A stretch of 63,606 bases of DNA, filler included, from Octopus bimaculoides (GCF_001194135.2; 3 parts of 3 records of this genome joined end to end with filler, not necessarily neighbours in it); one strand, 5' to 3'; counted from the first letter of the whole stretch, positions 1 through 13,990 are shown. Program-made: numbers and translations. The notes: generated by a model from the sequence alone, not told the origin.

Positions 1-306
1 ATTGCGCTGGTATGGACATGTGGTGAGAATGGATGAGGATAGCGGCGTGAAAAAGTGCCACACCCTAACAGTTGAGGGAACCCGTGGAAGAGGTAGGCCC
101 AGGAAGACCTGGGCTGAGGTGGTGAGGCAAGACCTTCAAACAATGGGCCTCACCGAGGCGATAACTACTGTCCGAGACCTTTGGAAATGTGCTGTGCGTG
201 AGAAGACCCGGCAAGCCAAGTAAGATCGTTGCCAGTGCCCCTGGACTGGCTCTTGTGCGGGTGGCACATGAGATGCACCATTTTGAGCGTGGCCTTTGCC
301 AGTACC
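1..306 (+). mobile_element. RTE-clade LINE, 3' end of the RT ORF and start of the 3' UTR
   Basis: RWYGHVVRM...GTRGRGRPRKTW is the typical RTE C-terminus; it is followed by the same UTR unit seen at 44480-44818. Confidence 0.9.
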
Positions 307-816
307 NNNNNNNNNNNNNNNNNNNNNNNNNNNNNNNNNNNNNNNNNNNNNNNNNNNNNNNNNNNNNNNNNNNNNNNNNNNNNNNNNNNNNNNNNNNNNN
401 NNNNNNNNNNNNNNNNNNNNNNNNNNNNNNNNNNNNNNNNNNNNNNNNNNNNNNNNNNNNNNNNNNNNNNNNNNNNNNNNNNNNNNNNNNNNNNNNNNNN
501 NNNNNNNNNNNNNNNNNNNNNNNNNNNNNNNNNNNNNNNNNNNNNNNNNNNNNNNNNNNNNNNNNNNNNNNNNNNNNNNNNNNNNNNNNNNNNNNNNNNN
601 NNNNNNNNNNNNNNNNNNNNNNNNNNNNNNNNNNNNNNNNNNNNNNNNNATATATATATATAGATAGATAGATATAGATATATGTATGTATGTATTGACA
701 GAAAAGGTAAGACAACAAAAGAAAGAAAACGACCTCGATATTATGTGAATAGAGGAATTTATCTGTAAATAATGGCTACTGAATAATTGTCACATATTAT
801 TTACAAATATTTACAG

Positions 817-850
<34 letters not shown>

Positions 851-855
<5 letters not shown>

Positions 856-1017
856 AGCTCCTTTCAATTTCTGTCTGCCAAATCCACTCACAAGGCTTTG
901 GTCAGCCCAAGGCTATAGTAGAAAACACTTGTCTAAGGTGCCATGCAGTGGAACTGAACCAGGAACCATGTGCTAAGTAAGCAAGTCACTTACCACACAG
1001 CCACTCTTGCACCTATA
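851..1017 (-). mobile_element. tRNA-derived SINE family A, head portion
   Basis: Reverse complement of the head seen at 13743, 30951 and 35808 (gtggctgtgtggtaag...ggttcagtcccactg...ccttgggcaagtg). Confidence 0.85.
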
Positions 1018-3285
1018 TAAAAAATAATCAGAGAAGAAAATCCTTTCTCTTTATGGACGTAATACTAATAATTATTTGTAGGATTCAGGATTTTTGATAT
1101 TATATGAATATAGGGTGCAACATTTAGAAAAACCTAAATAAGGTGTATGTATGTAAAGGTTTGGTGATGCAAACAGGAAAATAGAGCTCAAAATATACAT
1201 TAACAACCTGCAGTATTCATCAACAGGAAGAATAAACTATGTATATTTGAGTGTGTATATGTATTTGTTTGAGATTTATTCATTTCCTCTGCATCATTTA
1301 AGCTGCTCTCCAACAAAGTGACAACGTTGTATGCATGCATAGAATTATACGTGTATGTATATATGGATGGACAGATATGTGTCTGGAATGTGTAGTGTAT
1401 GATGTCCTTGTGTAGTGGCAACATGCTGTTAAGACTTTAATGTTCAAGAACTTTCTTTGGTTTACTTTTAATGGTTATGTTTATTTCCAAGTGGAAGTAT
1501 TTAGGAGTGGGACATGGTTTCTTTAGTTTCAAATTTATGATTAATGAAACTGAGACTGGGATGTTTACATGAAACAAAATCACGTGGCAGTAATTTATTA
1601 AATTTAATTTCCAAAATTAAAACTATATACAACGAAAATATCAAAATTCAAATACAAATTTATAAAACATATTTGTGTTTTTAAACATATCATATCCATA
1701 AGAAATATTATCTCCAAACGAATACTGCAGTTAATTTGCTTTTACTCGATGTATTTGCATTAAGTATAATGTACAGATGGCTATTTAAATCTAATACTGC
1801 TTCTGTTGCATATAATGGATTTTTATTCAGCTGGGAAGCTGATTGCTACACCAGTGATTTTTCAATCATTGTTTATGCATATAAGTAGTGACATATAGTA
1901 TTAGGATGTGCTTGGTAGTGAGTATCTACTACAGCAAAGCTGAAATGCACATAGCATTCTCACCTTCATTCTGAGTGATTTCTGTTTGCTGCTGATATAT
2001 TTGTATTATTTGTATTTTAAAATACAGTGTGTCCATAAGATATATTATTTCCAGGTGAATAGTGCTGTTAATTTGTGTTTTCACAATGTATTTGTATTAA
2101 GTATGGTACACAGATGGCTAAAAATTGTCAGTTTTATATAAATTCAGTTTCAGTTCGACTTATCATTTTAAATGTATAGTTATCATTACAAATGCAATCC
2201 AATTATAGGGCAGAAAACATCTCTTTTATCAATATGGAATTTCAATGCGAGGTGAAAATGAAAGAAACATCATATTGAAATTCTAACTTTTTTATTAATA
2301 TATAAACTAATTCTTTAATGTCAAGCATTGCTTTTAGGTTTTTCAGTCACAGAAATAGAACTTGAAGAAGATGGTATGAGTTGACAAAAAAACTTCATAA
2401 TTTTTTAAAAAATGGATATAAGGTCTGATATTTTTGACAAAGTACTTCATGGAAGAACTGTGGGTCCTGCCTGACACATTAGAACTCACATCTCAACTCT
2501 TTGTTGCACATAAAGTTATTGTATTTTACAAATTTAATTTTTCAAGGCTTAATTATTATAATAATTAGTTGGATAATCAGGAGAATCAGATCCAATCACA
2601 TGTTGCAAAACATGCCATTAATTATTAAGAATAAATATAAAATGCTTTATGTTTTCTTAGTTATAGTATAGATTAAAACTAACTCAATGGTAAGAGAAGG
2701 AAGTGTTGGTTGAGCTAAATAAAAATTAGTGTCATAGGTTTGAATTACATCATGGTTATCTTACATCCACAGAAAACAGACAGAAAGGATTAATGTAACA
2801 CCTGTTGATATATGTAATGTCTCTGAGCAGTTGCTTGATATAAGGGAGATGGTCAATTCTTCATAATAATTGGTGGGACTAGAAGATTGAATTTAATATT
2901 AAGGAATGAAGTAGAAGTTGTATGGAACACACTTATATATTTAGTCATTTCAATATTATATTGCTGAGATTAACAGACCTGACTGTAATAAATTGAGTTT
3001 TGTATACGTTAACAATCACAGCTTGAATTGATAGGGTGCTAAGTTACAAGTTGGAAAGTCACTGTTTCATTGTCCTGATGTGTCCCTAGTATCCTACCAC
3101 AATTCTAGCAAAGAAATTTAATTCTAACAAGCCCAGTCCATTAACCTGTAAATAAATGCCACAAAGAGATACTGAAATACTTGTATCTCAGTGTATAACA
3201 AACAAGTTTTTGGACTAATTTAACTGATGAGCACAAATGCTCTCATAAATTTGGCCAAGATAACAGAAGACTCCTTTCCTCTTTC

Positions 3286-3332
<47 letters not shown>

Positions 3333-3510
3333 NNNNNNNNNNNNNNNNNNNNNNNNNNNNNNNNNNNNNNNNNNNNNNNNNNNNNNNNNNNNNNNNNNNN
3401 NNNNNNNNNNNNNNNNNNNAGAGGTGAGGACCGAAATCCTTCAAAGAGATGTCAAACATATATACATATATATTGTATATGTATATACATACAGTTGTAT
3501 ATATATATAT

Positions 3511-3558
<48 letters not shown>

Positions 3559-3576
3559 TACATTTATATAAATTTA

Positions 3577-4465
3577 CGTGGTCTGATCAATAAGTATCCG
3601 GACTCTTGCCATAGTAACAAACCTAAAATACACAGAGTGACGTCACTAGGAAAAGATTGATCTTGGACTCTGCTGTGCATGGGCACTAATTGTTAACATT
3701 CTAGCTCACTTTCATTGTTTACAGCAGTATTTGGAAGGAAGGTGTGTAGTGTGTGATCATTGCATTAACCATAACAGAGAAAGTTGAGCAGAGAATCTGC
3801 ATCAAATTTTGCCAAAAGCTTGGTGATACCTGCTCAGAGGTCCATGCAAAGTTTTCAAGAAGTTTTCATTGTTCTCAACACAATCAAGGAGATCTTGTGT
3901 AACCGAAACCCGGGTGTCTTTTTGGTCAGCTGAAAACAATTTTGGCACAAACTTGGCAGACACACATCCCATACCCAAATCTTCTGTGATAATGGATTGA
4001 ACTGAACTGTAACTAATCTGCACATTGCCTGATAACTCATGGATGGTGATTCGATGATTTCTCCTCACAGCTGCATGCACATCTGTGATGTTTTTCTCAG
4101 TTCTGCTGGTTGTGAGCCTCCCAAAACGTTCATCAATATCAATATATTTTCGGTTGTCTTGGAAACGTCTGAACCACTCATACATCTGTGTGTAGCTCTT
4201 ACACTCCTCTTCATACTCTTTCTGCAACTTTGCATAGGCCTCTGAGCAGGTATCACCATGACAACTGTCATGATCAGTGCGACGATCACACACTACACAC
4301 CTTCCTTCCAAGGACTTCTGTAAACAGCAGAAATGAGCTAGAACATCTAAACTTAATGTGCATGCACAGCAGGGTTCAAGATCAATCTTTGCCAAGTGAC
4401 TTTACTCCGTGTGCTTTAGCTTCATTACCATGGCAACAGTCCGAATACTTATTGATCAGACCTCA
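3577..4465. mobile_element. Mariner derivative made of two inverted 5' halves; transposase N-terminus pseudogene on the minus strand
   Basis: TIRs CGTGGTCTGATCAATAAGTATCCGGACT (3577) and AGTCCGAATACTTATTGATCAGACCTCA (ending 4465) with TA flanks. ORF 3802-4395 contains YEWFRRF, RITIHEL and SAKFVPKL motifs. The plus strand at ~3775-3840 reads TEKVEQRICIKFCQKLG. Confidence 0.85.
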
Positions 4466-4793
4466 TATATTGTGTATATATATATATATATATATATATG
4501 GGAGAATGTACGAAAAAAACAACAACATATATATATATTATATATANNNNNNNNNNNNNNNNNNNNNNNNNNNNNNNNNNNNNNNNNNNNNNNNNNNNNN
4601 NNNNNNNNNNNNNNNNNNNNNNNNNNNNNNNNNNNNNNNNNNNNNNNNNNNNNNNNNNNNNNNNNNNNNNNNNNNNNNNNNNNNNNNNNNNNNNNNNNNN
4701 NNNNNATAAATAAGTTAGTATTATTACCATTATTTGCACTAATAATAAGGTGGCTAGCAAGTTCACGCCTTTACCCTACCTAATCTTAAATTA

Positions 4794-4836
<43 letters not shown>

Positions 4837-5133
4837 TATATTTATATGTGTATTTGTGTTTACATGTACATACTTCTACATATATTTGTATGTATATATA
4901 TATTTTGATTTTTGTAATTCGAGACATTACTATAGTTTAGAAAAAAAGGGGAAATAATACAAATTATCCTTTGGTTAAATTGATTAAATGAAAGTTTTCA
5001 TAATTTGTGATAAGTCACTTAACTAGTCTCACAGATTTTTAGCAACATGAAAGGTATTATTACATCAATCAATAGACATGTACCTAGTCAACTTCGAGAA
5101 CAAGGAAAAGTAATTGAAAGAAATGTTAATAGT

Positions 5134-5142
5134 ACTTACCTG
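5134..5142 (-). promoter_or_regulatory. 5' splice donor ending the protocadherin exon (CAG|GTAAGT, phase 0)
   Basis: Perfect consensus on the minus strand. Exon ends at 5140; 7578-5140+1 = 2439 nt = 813 codons. Confidence 0.85.
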
Positions 5143-7578
5143 CCTTGAGTCAGCTGTTCTGTTTTGAACTTGAATATGAGGTGAAGATCCTTTCCAACTC
5201 TGTCCTGGATTATAATCAGGTTGACAAACATGTCTAATAAGATTTGATTGAGTATTTCTTGCTTGTTGTTTTGGATCTGATAAAATTGCCACAGGAACAT
5301 CATATTTTGGAGAGTCTTGTTCACAAACATATCCTGATGGTCTTCTCTCACCAACAAAGTCTTGGGCAGCACCATAATGGCTTTCTTTCTGATTTCTTTT
5401 ATGTATTATGCATACAATCACAGAAACTACAATAGCAACAGAAACTATCACTGCTGCTACTACTATAATAATCATCAAGTTAATATGTATTCTGTTGTCT
5501 GATTCTGTGTCTTCAGCTGTGTACATTTTGGCTGTTGTATTGCTAACAGTTAGTGTCAAAGACAGTATAGTTGTTGCTGATAAAACTGGAGTACCACCAT
5601 CTTTGACTGCTAATTTTAGATTATATGATCCAGCATCGTTTTGGTAAACTGTACGAGAGAAAGACAAAACTCCTGTGTAAGGGTTAACTGTAAATAACTG
5701 TTTGTCATTGCCTCCAAGTATTTCATATCTGAGGAAGGAATTTACATGACTGTCTCTATCAGAAGCTCTTAATGTTGTAATATCACTGTTACTCTGCGGA
5801 TGGTAATGGACATCTAGATTGAAAGGATTAACACTAGGGAAAGTAAAATATGGTGCATTATCATTTTTATCCATAACTTCAACAACAACATTAGCTGTGT
5901 TGTTAAGATATGGTGTACCATTGTCTTTTACTAATACTTTAAATTTGTAAACATCTTGTCGCTCTCTATCTAAAGACTGAGTTGCTGAAATAAATCCAAA
6001 ATCGGAAATTTTAAATGGTAAAATAATTCCTCTTTCATTAAATAAAGAAAAACTCAGCTGACCTCCTGACCCAAGATCTTCATCTGTAGCATTAACAAAA
6101 CCTACAGGAAAATTTTGTTCTTCATTTTCATATGTTAAAAATTTGAAAGTATCTTTGGTAAATTGAGGCTGTATGTCATTGACATCTTTCACTTGGATGG
6201 AAAACTTTCTTTCAGTTCTTAAAGGGGGAGATCCTTTGTCTTCACAAATTATTGTGCTTTCAATACTACTTTCAGTTTCTCTGTTGATTAAATTCTTCAC
6301 AACAATTTTGTATTTGTTTTTTCCAAGGCTTCTTAGCTGAAGTTTTTCATGCTGAAGGTCACATGATACTTCACTGTTTCTACCAATATCTTCATCGGTG
6401 ACTTTAACAAATGCAATGAATCCTCCAACTTTGATTGCTTCAGACACCATTGCATTATTTTCTTTAGAGCGAGAAATAAAGTTCATGTCTATGACAGGGG
6501 CATTGTTCTGTTGGTTGATGACATAGACTAGAACAATGGCAGTGGAACTCAAAGGAGGATTTCCCCCATCAGTAGCTTCAACGAACAACTTGTAAACCTT
6601 TTTGGCTCTTTGCAGGAGACTCTTTTGCAAAAATATTTCGCCCGTGGCCTTGTTTAATTTAAAATAAATTTGGTCATTTTTTGATGTCTTAGAACCGAAA
6701 TGATAAGAGACATTTCCATTCTGATCAATGTCTAAATCATTGGCAGTTAAATGTACAATAGGTATATTTTTCTGATGATTACTATTTATAGAAACATTGT
6801 AAATATTTTGGTTAAAGAGTGGAGAGTTATCATTTTCATCTTCAATCAATATCTTCACATTTAGAAAACTACTCTTTGGTGGTAATCCTTCATCTTCAGC
6901 GATAAGCTGAAGAACATAATTATCTTTTGTCTCTCGATCAACACCTTGTTCTAAAACAATTCCAAGTTTAGCACTACCATCCACTTTTTTAACAATCGAT
7001 AGAATAAATGGTTCATTTCCTTGTTTTTTTAACTGATATTTGATCTGGGAATTTAGAACACCCACATCCCTATCAATAGCATTTGGAATTGGTTTACTTG
7101 TCCCTTTCTTATCAGCTTCAGAAAACTGAAGAACTATCTCTCTTGTGGGAAATTCAGGATAGTTATCATTAACATCTTCGATTATGATTTTCATTTCAAG
7201 TATTTTGATGAAAGCAAGCTGGTTCTGTACAGCAATGTCCACCATTTCAAAACATGGTGTGTTGTATTTACATAGTGACTCTGCATCTAATTTTTGAGCT
7301 GTATAGATTTCACCTGATTTGCTGATATTGAACAACTGGGAATTGCTGTCAGACTGCTTCTGGTGAAGCTGACTGAACCAAATTGCACTACGGTCTTTTA
7401 TGGTAATTTTATCCAAGAGGTTTGTATCTGTAGCGAGGTCACCAACATAAATGCCTGGCCTCTGAGCCTCTTTAACACGGTATGACAGATCAAACCCATA
7501 AGACATAGTATTCAGTAGGAGGGCAACATATATTTTCACTAACATTTCTTTCTGTTGTAAAGGCATTGAATCAATCAT
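5140..7578 (-). CDS. Protocadherin (cephalopod-type), large coding exon: signal peptide, EC1-EC6, TM and proximal cytoplasmic region (813 codons; the protein continues in a downstream exon not identified here)
   Basis: The ORF has six cadherin repeats with DxNDNxP, DxD and DRE motifs, the EC1 C-x5-C pair (LCKYNTPC), an N-terminal hydrophobic signal and a TM segment (INLMIIIVVAAVIVSVAIVVSVIVCII). The ORF-track tail 5065-5139 begins exactly at CAG|GTAAGT and is read as intron. Ortholog not assignable by eye. Confidence 0.97.
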
Positions 7579-7606
7579 TCATAAACAGGAATTACACTGA
7601 ATTAAT

Positions 7607-7625
7607 CTGAAATAGAAAGAAAACT
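7607..7625 (-). promoter_or_regulatory. 3' splice acceptor 28 nt upstream of the protocadherin ATG
   Basis: Minus strand reads TTTTCTTTCTATTTCAG|ATTAATTCAG; the exon starts at 7606, implying an upstream non-coding exon. Confidence 0.75.
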
Positions 7626-7996
7626 TCTTTAAGGCTAAACTGCAATTTTCTGTGACAATCTATGTTTGGTCAATTACTAGACACAATGATAGTTCTGCAT
7701 CTGTTTGCATTGATAATTTCTCTTCTATTCACAATTGCTATTTGTTAAACCAATATGATGGTGAAATTAAACCATTCTCTTAGTTGTCTTCTGTATTCAC
7801 TGTTTCCTCAGGAATCTCCTGAGTACCATCTGATTTTGATGGCACTGAAATCACAAGCTTAGCAATGGACTTTATCTGATCTTGTCAGGGCTGTGTTATG
7901 TTAATTTATTCCTACAGTGATGTGTTTTCAGATTCTTTAATCTATGTTCTCCCTGCTTGTTTCTGATGCTTCTCAAGGGAACCAGAACAAAGTGTA

Positions 7997-7997
<1 letters not shown>

Positions 7998-8087
<90 letters not shown>

Positions 8088-8607
8088 TCACAAAAGCTAA
8101 CATACATTCATAACACACTTAAAGATAGATACATACATATTAAATACATTTATACATATACATACTCACACACACACGTTCACTTCAATATATATATATA
8201 TATATATATATACAAATTCACAAACACATATGTACATAGCACACAAATATATTGACTTAAATACAGACAAACAAATAAATGTACACACATAAATACACCC
8301 ACATAACCACACACACAGTCACAGATTTACTTAAGTAGATTCATAGACATTCACAGACACACACAATTACATACATAACTTGTAGACATACTAACTCACA
8401 CTGTCAAGCACATTCATACATATGTGTGTGTATCTACGTATATATATATGTATATATATTTTTCCTTTCTGTCTTCTCCTCTATTCTGCCTTCTACTGTC
8501 TCATTCTTCTCACCTCCTCTCTCTCTCTCTTTCTTTCTCTTTGACTCCTTGCTCTTATATATGTCACAACCTCAACTAACAGCATACACATACACACATA
8601 TTCATGA

Positions 8608-8651
<44 letters not shown>

Positions 8652-9638
8652 TCATATATACAAATATATATATGTGTGTGTATGTATAAAAATACACATA
8701 CACACATATAACCACACATAATTTCTCTCTTCCATTCACATGCATGCATCGAATATTTCCATTTTTATTCACTGCAACATTCGTTTTATTTTTTAAGTTA
8801 TATATTCACACACACNNNNNNNNNNNNNNNNNNNNNNNNNNNNNNNNNNNNNNNNNNNNNNNNNNNNNNNNNNNNNNNNNNNNNNNNNNNNNNNNNNNNN
8901 NNNNNNNNNNNNNNNNNNNNNNNNNNNNNNNNNNNNNNNNNNNNNNNNNNNNNNNNNNNNNNNNNNNNNNNNNNNNNNNNNNNNNNNNNNNNNNNNNNNN
9001 NNNNNNNNNNNNNNNNNNNNNNNNNNNNNNNNNNNNNNNNNNNNNNNNNNNNNNNNNNNNNNNNNNNNNNNNNNNNNNNNNNNNNNNNNNNNNNNNNNNN
9101 NNNNNNNNNNNNNNNNNNNNNNNNNNNNNNNNNNNNNNNNNNNNNNNNNNNNNNNNNNNNNNNNNNNNNNNNNNNNNNNNNNNNNNNNNNNNNNNNNNNN
9201 NNNNNNNNNNNNNNNNNNNNNNNNNNNNNNNNNNNNNNNNNNNNNNNNNNNNNNNNNNNNNNNNNNNNNNNNNNNNNNNNNNNNNNNNNNNNNNNNNNNN
9301 NNNNNNNNNNNNNNNNNNNNNNNNNNNNNNNNNNNNNNNNNNNNNNNNNNNNNNNNNNNNNNNNNNNNNNNNNNNNNNNNNNNNNNNNNNNNNNNNNNNN
9401 NNNNNNNNNNNNNNNNNNNNNNNNNNNNNNNNNCTCTCTTGCCTCTCTCTCTTTCTCTCTTGCCTCTCTCTCTTTCTCTCTTGCCTCTCTCTCTTTCTCT
9501 CTTGCCTCTCTCTCTTTCTCTCTTGCCTCTCTCTCTTGCCTCTCTCTCTTTCTCTCTTGCCTCTCTCTCTTTCTCTCTTGCCTCTCTCTCTTTTTCTCTC
9601 TCTCTTACTTTCTATTTCACACACTTTCTCTTACACCC

Positions 9639-9682
<44 letters not shown>

Positions 9683-10122
9683 ACTCTTTCTACTCTTTCT
9701 ACACTTTAAAACATTTTTTCCCCTTTGTTATCTTTTTACAACCTGAAGCAGGTTTTCCTCACAGTTTATTGTTGATGGAGAAGGTAATACTATATAATTA
9801 CCTAAAAGTTTTTGAATATTGACAAAATACCTTAGAGAATTTTTCACAGATAACAATTGCTTGTGTTCTTCAATTTCTATCTTTATCTTTACATTTTTAA
9901 AAAAATTCTTTTCTTTTTTTTTATTTCAAACTTTAATTTATTTATATTTTCCTTTTTTCTTCTCATTTTACTTCGTTTTGCTCACAGATTTTTCTTTCCT
10001 CTCTTGTCTTCTCCCTCGTTCTCTCTCTCTCTGTCTCTCTCTCTTATTTTCTTTCTCTCACTGTCTTTTCTAACTTGTTTGGTTTGATTTAAACAGTTTC
10101 ATCATTTGAATTTCAAAAAAAA

Positions 10123-10153
<31 letters not shown>

Positions 10154-11646
10154 ATAACAACCCCAAAATATATTAAAAAATTTTTTTAGATATATAAATA
10201 AATAGAAAAAGAAACCGAAAACCAACAGCAACAAGAACAACAAGAACTACAACAACAATAATGATAATACTAAATAAATATAAAAATAAAGAAAAATAAA
10301 GAAAAATGTGAAAATTAAGTTCCTTTATTATTTTATATATTCTTCTTTCTTGAAAATGTCTTTTTACTTGTGATTTAGTAGAGAGAAAATAGGAAACACA
10401 CACACCCACACACACACACACACACACACACATGTTTACATATACATGCATGCATACATACATATACATATATATATATAGATAAATATTTATANNNNNN
10501 NNNNNNNNNNNNNNNNNNNNNNNNNNNNNNNNNNNNNNNNNNNNNNNNNNNNNNNNNNNNNNNNNNNNNNNNNNNNNNNNNNNNNNNNNNNNNNNNNNNN
10601 NNNNNNNNNNNNNNNNNNNNNNNNNNNNNNNNNNNNNNNNNNNNNNNNNNNNNNNNNNNNNNNNNNNNNNNNNNNNNNNNNNNNNNNNNNNNNNNNNNNN
10701 NNNNNNNNNNNNNNNNNNNNNNNNNNNNNNNNNNNNNNNNNNNNNNNNNNNNNNNNNNNNNNNNNNNNNNNNNNNNNNNNNNNNNNNNNNNNNNNNNNNN
10801 NNNNNNNNNNNNNNNNNNNNNNNNNNNNNNNNNNNNNNNNNNNNNNNNNNNNNNNNNNNNNNNNNNNNNNNNNNNNNNNNNNNNNNNNNNNNNNNNNNNN
10901 NNNNNNNNNNNNNNNNNNNNNNNNNNNNNNNNNNNNNNNNNNNNNNNNNNNNNNNNNNNNNNNNNNNNNNNNNNNNNNNNNNNNNNNNNNNNNNNNNNNN
11001 NNNNNNNNNNNNNNNNNNNGTAAAAAATACATTATTTCTCTTTACTGTTAGAAATGACTCCATCTTCAAAACACTTTGCGAATAAAACTATTTGAAGAGG
11101 TTGAAATAACGTCAAAAGACTTTGTAGTAACAGTTCCATTTCAATGGTATTGTTGCTCTTGAAAATTATTTCCAAAACTAGTGCTGTACAAGAACACAAT
11201 GGATGAAAATTTTTTTATTGTTGTTGTTGTTGTTGTTGTATGTGCCAGTGAAAAAAAAAAAAAAAAAAATGATGGTCTGTCTGTGTGATTTGTGAAGAAG
11301 ACAATTATGGATAATGTGGTTAAAACCAAAGTGATATTGTGTATCCATTTGTTCATTCCTGCTTGCTATGAATAGACATCTTTGATATCAAGCTAGAAAG
11401 AGGATAATTTTATCATCATTATCATGATCCTCGCCATCGTCTGTGTTGTTGTCATCTTCTTCTCCATCATCATTCTCATCATCATCATCATCATCATTAT
11501 CATCATCAGCAATAACAACAGCAGTTACAACTGCAACTCTTTTGTAGTTGTTGTAATTATTGTTGTTGTTCTAGTTCTTGTTAATATATATTTTCTTTGT
11601 TGTCTTTTCCATATATGTTATGATTATTATTGTTGCTGTTCTTTAC

Positions 11647-11677
<31 letters not shown>

Positions 11678-11699
11678 TTTATTTTATTATTATTATTAC

Positions 11700-11786
<87 letters not shown>

Positions 11787-13034
11787 CGTTGGTGGTGTTG
11801 TTATTGTTGTTGTTGTTGCTGCTTTATATTTTCTTTGTTGTCTTTTTTCCATATTCGTTGTTGTTGCTGCTGTTTGCTGTTGCTGATGACAACAATGATA
11901 ATGATGGTGGCTGCTGTCCATTGCATCTACGATGAGGATAACAATGCTGCTGTTTATAGATAATGATGATGATTAAGATCATGCGTGCGTTGGTGGTGGT
12001 GTGGGTAGATAATGCAGATAATGGTGATAATGATTATGACCTAGAAGATTATGATGAGAATACTGATGATGAGGAGCATCACTGCCATCATCATCATCAT
12101 CTTCATCATTATTATTATCACTGTAATCATCATCATCATCATCATCATCATCAGCATCATCATCTTCATCCTCATCATCATGATCATTCTCATGATGATC
12201 ATCATCTTTTTCATCATTATTTCATCATCTTGATCTTTATCATCTTCCTTTTTGATCATTACCATCATTATCATCACCTTTATCATCATTGTCATCTTCA
12301 TCATCATCACCATCATTATCACCATCATCATCATCACCATCATCACCATCACCATCATCACCATCACCATCATCATCTATATCATCATCATGATCTATAT
12401 CATCATCATCATCATCACCATCATCATAATCATCATGATCTTTATCATCATCATCATGCTTCCCCCTGGCATTGCAATACAACTATAACAATAACAATAA
12501 CAAAAAAAAAAATGAAAAGATACCACTAGCAAAGACCACTGACACCATTTTCACCATCACTACCACCACCACCACCACCACTACCATACCAATACTACCA
12601 CTTTAAGTTCCATCGTTACCACTACTACCACCAACATCATCACTAGCACTTCCACAGACACCACCACCACTGACAAGGCTACTTTCAACAACAATAGCAA
12701 CAACATCATCAGAAACCTTATGAGACATTCCAATGTGTCAGTGTTGGTTTTGCCCTCAGAGAAAGAAAAGGCTTGTGATATTTATGGATGATAGAGGAAA
12801 AAACACACAAAAGAAAACAAAACAAAAACAATATCAAAAAGAAAGACTGTAAAAAAGAGGAAAACAGAGAACTTCAAATTTCAAGAGATTTGAAACGAAA
12901 TAGGAAAGACCCATTTTCATTGAAAGACGATCTCTTTTATAAAAAGGAAATAAATACACTAACAAACATATATAAATAAATATATATTCAGAAGAAAAGT
13001 AAATATAAATTAACAAAATTGTTATTCTGATCAC

Positions 13035-13070
<36 letters not shown>

Positions 13071-13250
13071 CATCACTATCATCATCACTGTCATCATTGC
13101 CATCATCATATCATCTCCATCATTATCATCACCGTCATCATCATCATCACCGCCATCATTATCATTATCGTCATCGTCGTCATCATCGTTATCATCATTA
13201 TTGTTGTTGTTAGTATTATTATCAATATTAACATTACTAATAATATTTGG
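7998..13250. repeat. Compound microsatellite and low-complexity block: (CA)n, (CT)n, (ATT)n, (CAT)n, (GTT)n, with assembly gaps
   Basis: Seen directly; the ORFs here are homopolymeric in several frames. Confidence 0.95.
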
Positions 13251-13704
13251 AAATTTGACTATGTTTTCCTTGGTTTTCAAGGCAACATATGATATGAGAA
13301 AACACTCAGAAATAGTAATATTATGCTAAGATAAAAATCAATTTGTCCATTTTTATAAATATCTTCTAAGCCAAAAATTTTCTGGGTTTTGTAGTAGTTA
13401 TTGTTTATATTTAGTTTATTCTGTTGTTGCTATGTTTTGCTTTTGTTTGTTTGCTGTTATTTTTTTTTTTTGGTTATTTTAGTCTTTTTTTTTTTAGAGG
13501 ATTTTATTTCAGAACATGACACATGCACACACACACACACACACACACATACAAGCATACTTATGCATTTAAGCATGTATAAACACGCACACACACACAC
13601 ACACATAGATACATACATAAATATATGCAAATGGACAAACATGCATATAGATACACATAAGCATGCTTACAAATATAAACACACACACATGTATACATAT
13701 ATAC

Positions 13705-13742
<38 letters not shown>

Positions 13743-13745
<3 letters not shown>

Positions 13746-13990
13746 GGTGTAAGTGTGGCTGTGTGGTGAGAAGTTTGCTCCCCAACCACATGGTTCTGGG
13801 TTCAGTCCCACTGTGTAACACCTTGATCAATTGTCTTCTACTGTACTTACAGGCTGACCAAAGCCTTGTGAGTGGGTTTGATAGATGGAAACTAAAAGTA
13901 GCCCATCAAATATGTGCATGTTTGTCCACCACCACTGCTTGATGACCAGTGATGGGGTGTTTACATCCCTGCAACAGCAAATCAGCAAAA
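13743..13990 (+). mobile_element. SINE family A
   Basis: tRNA-like head, body, internal microsatellite and start of the tail. Confidence 0.85.

Noticed and set aside
2338-2373. 36-nt plus-strand micro-exon-like segment (ttttag|...GATG|gtatga)
   Set aside because: No partner exons or recognisable peptide; chance match is plausible.
5065-5139. Last 24 codons of the 837-aa ORF
   Set aside because: They begin exactly at a perfect splice donor; treated as intron read-through.
11400-13280. Long His-, Asp-, Ile-, Met- and Tyr-rich ORFs
   Set aside because: Translations of (CAT)n and (ATT)n microsatellites that are open in several frames on both strands.
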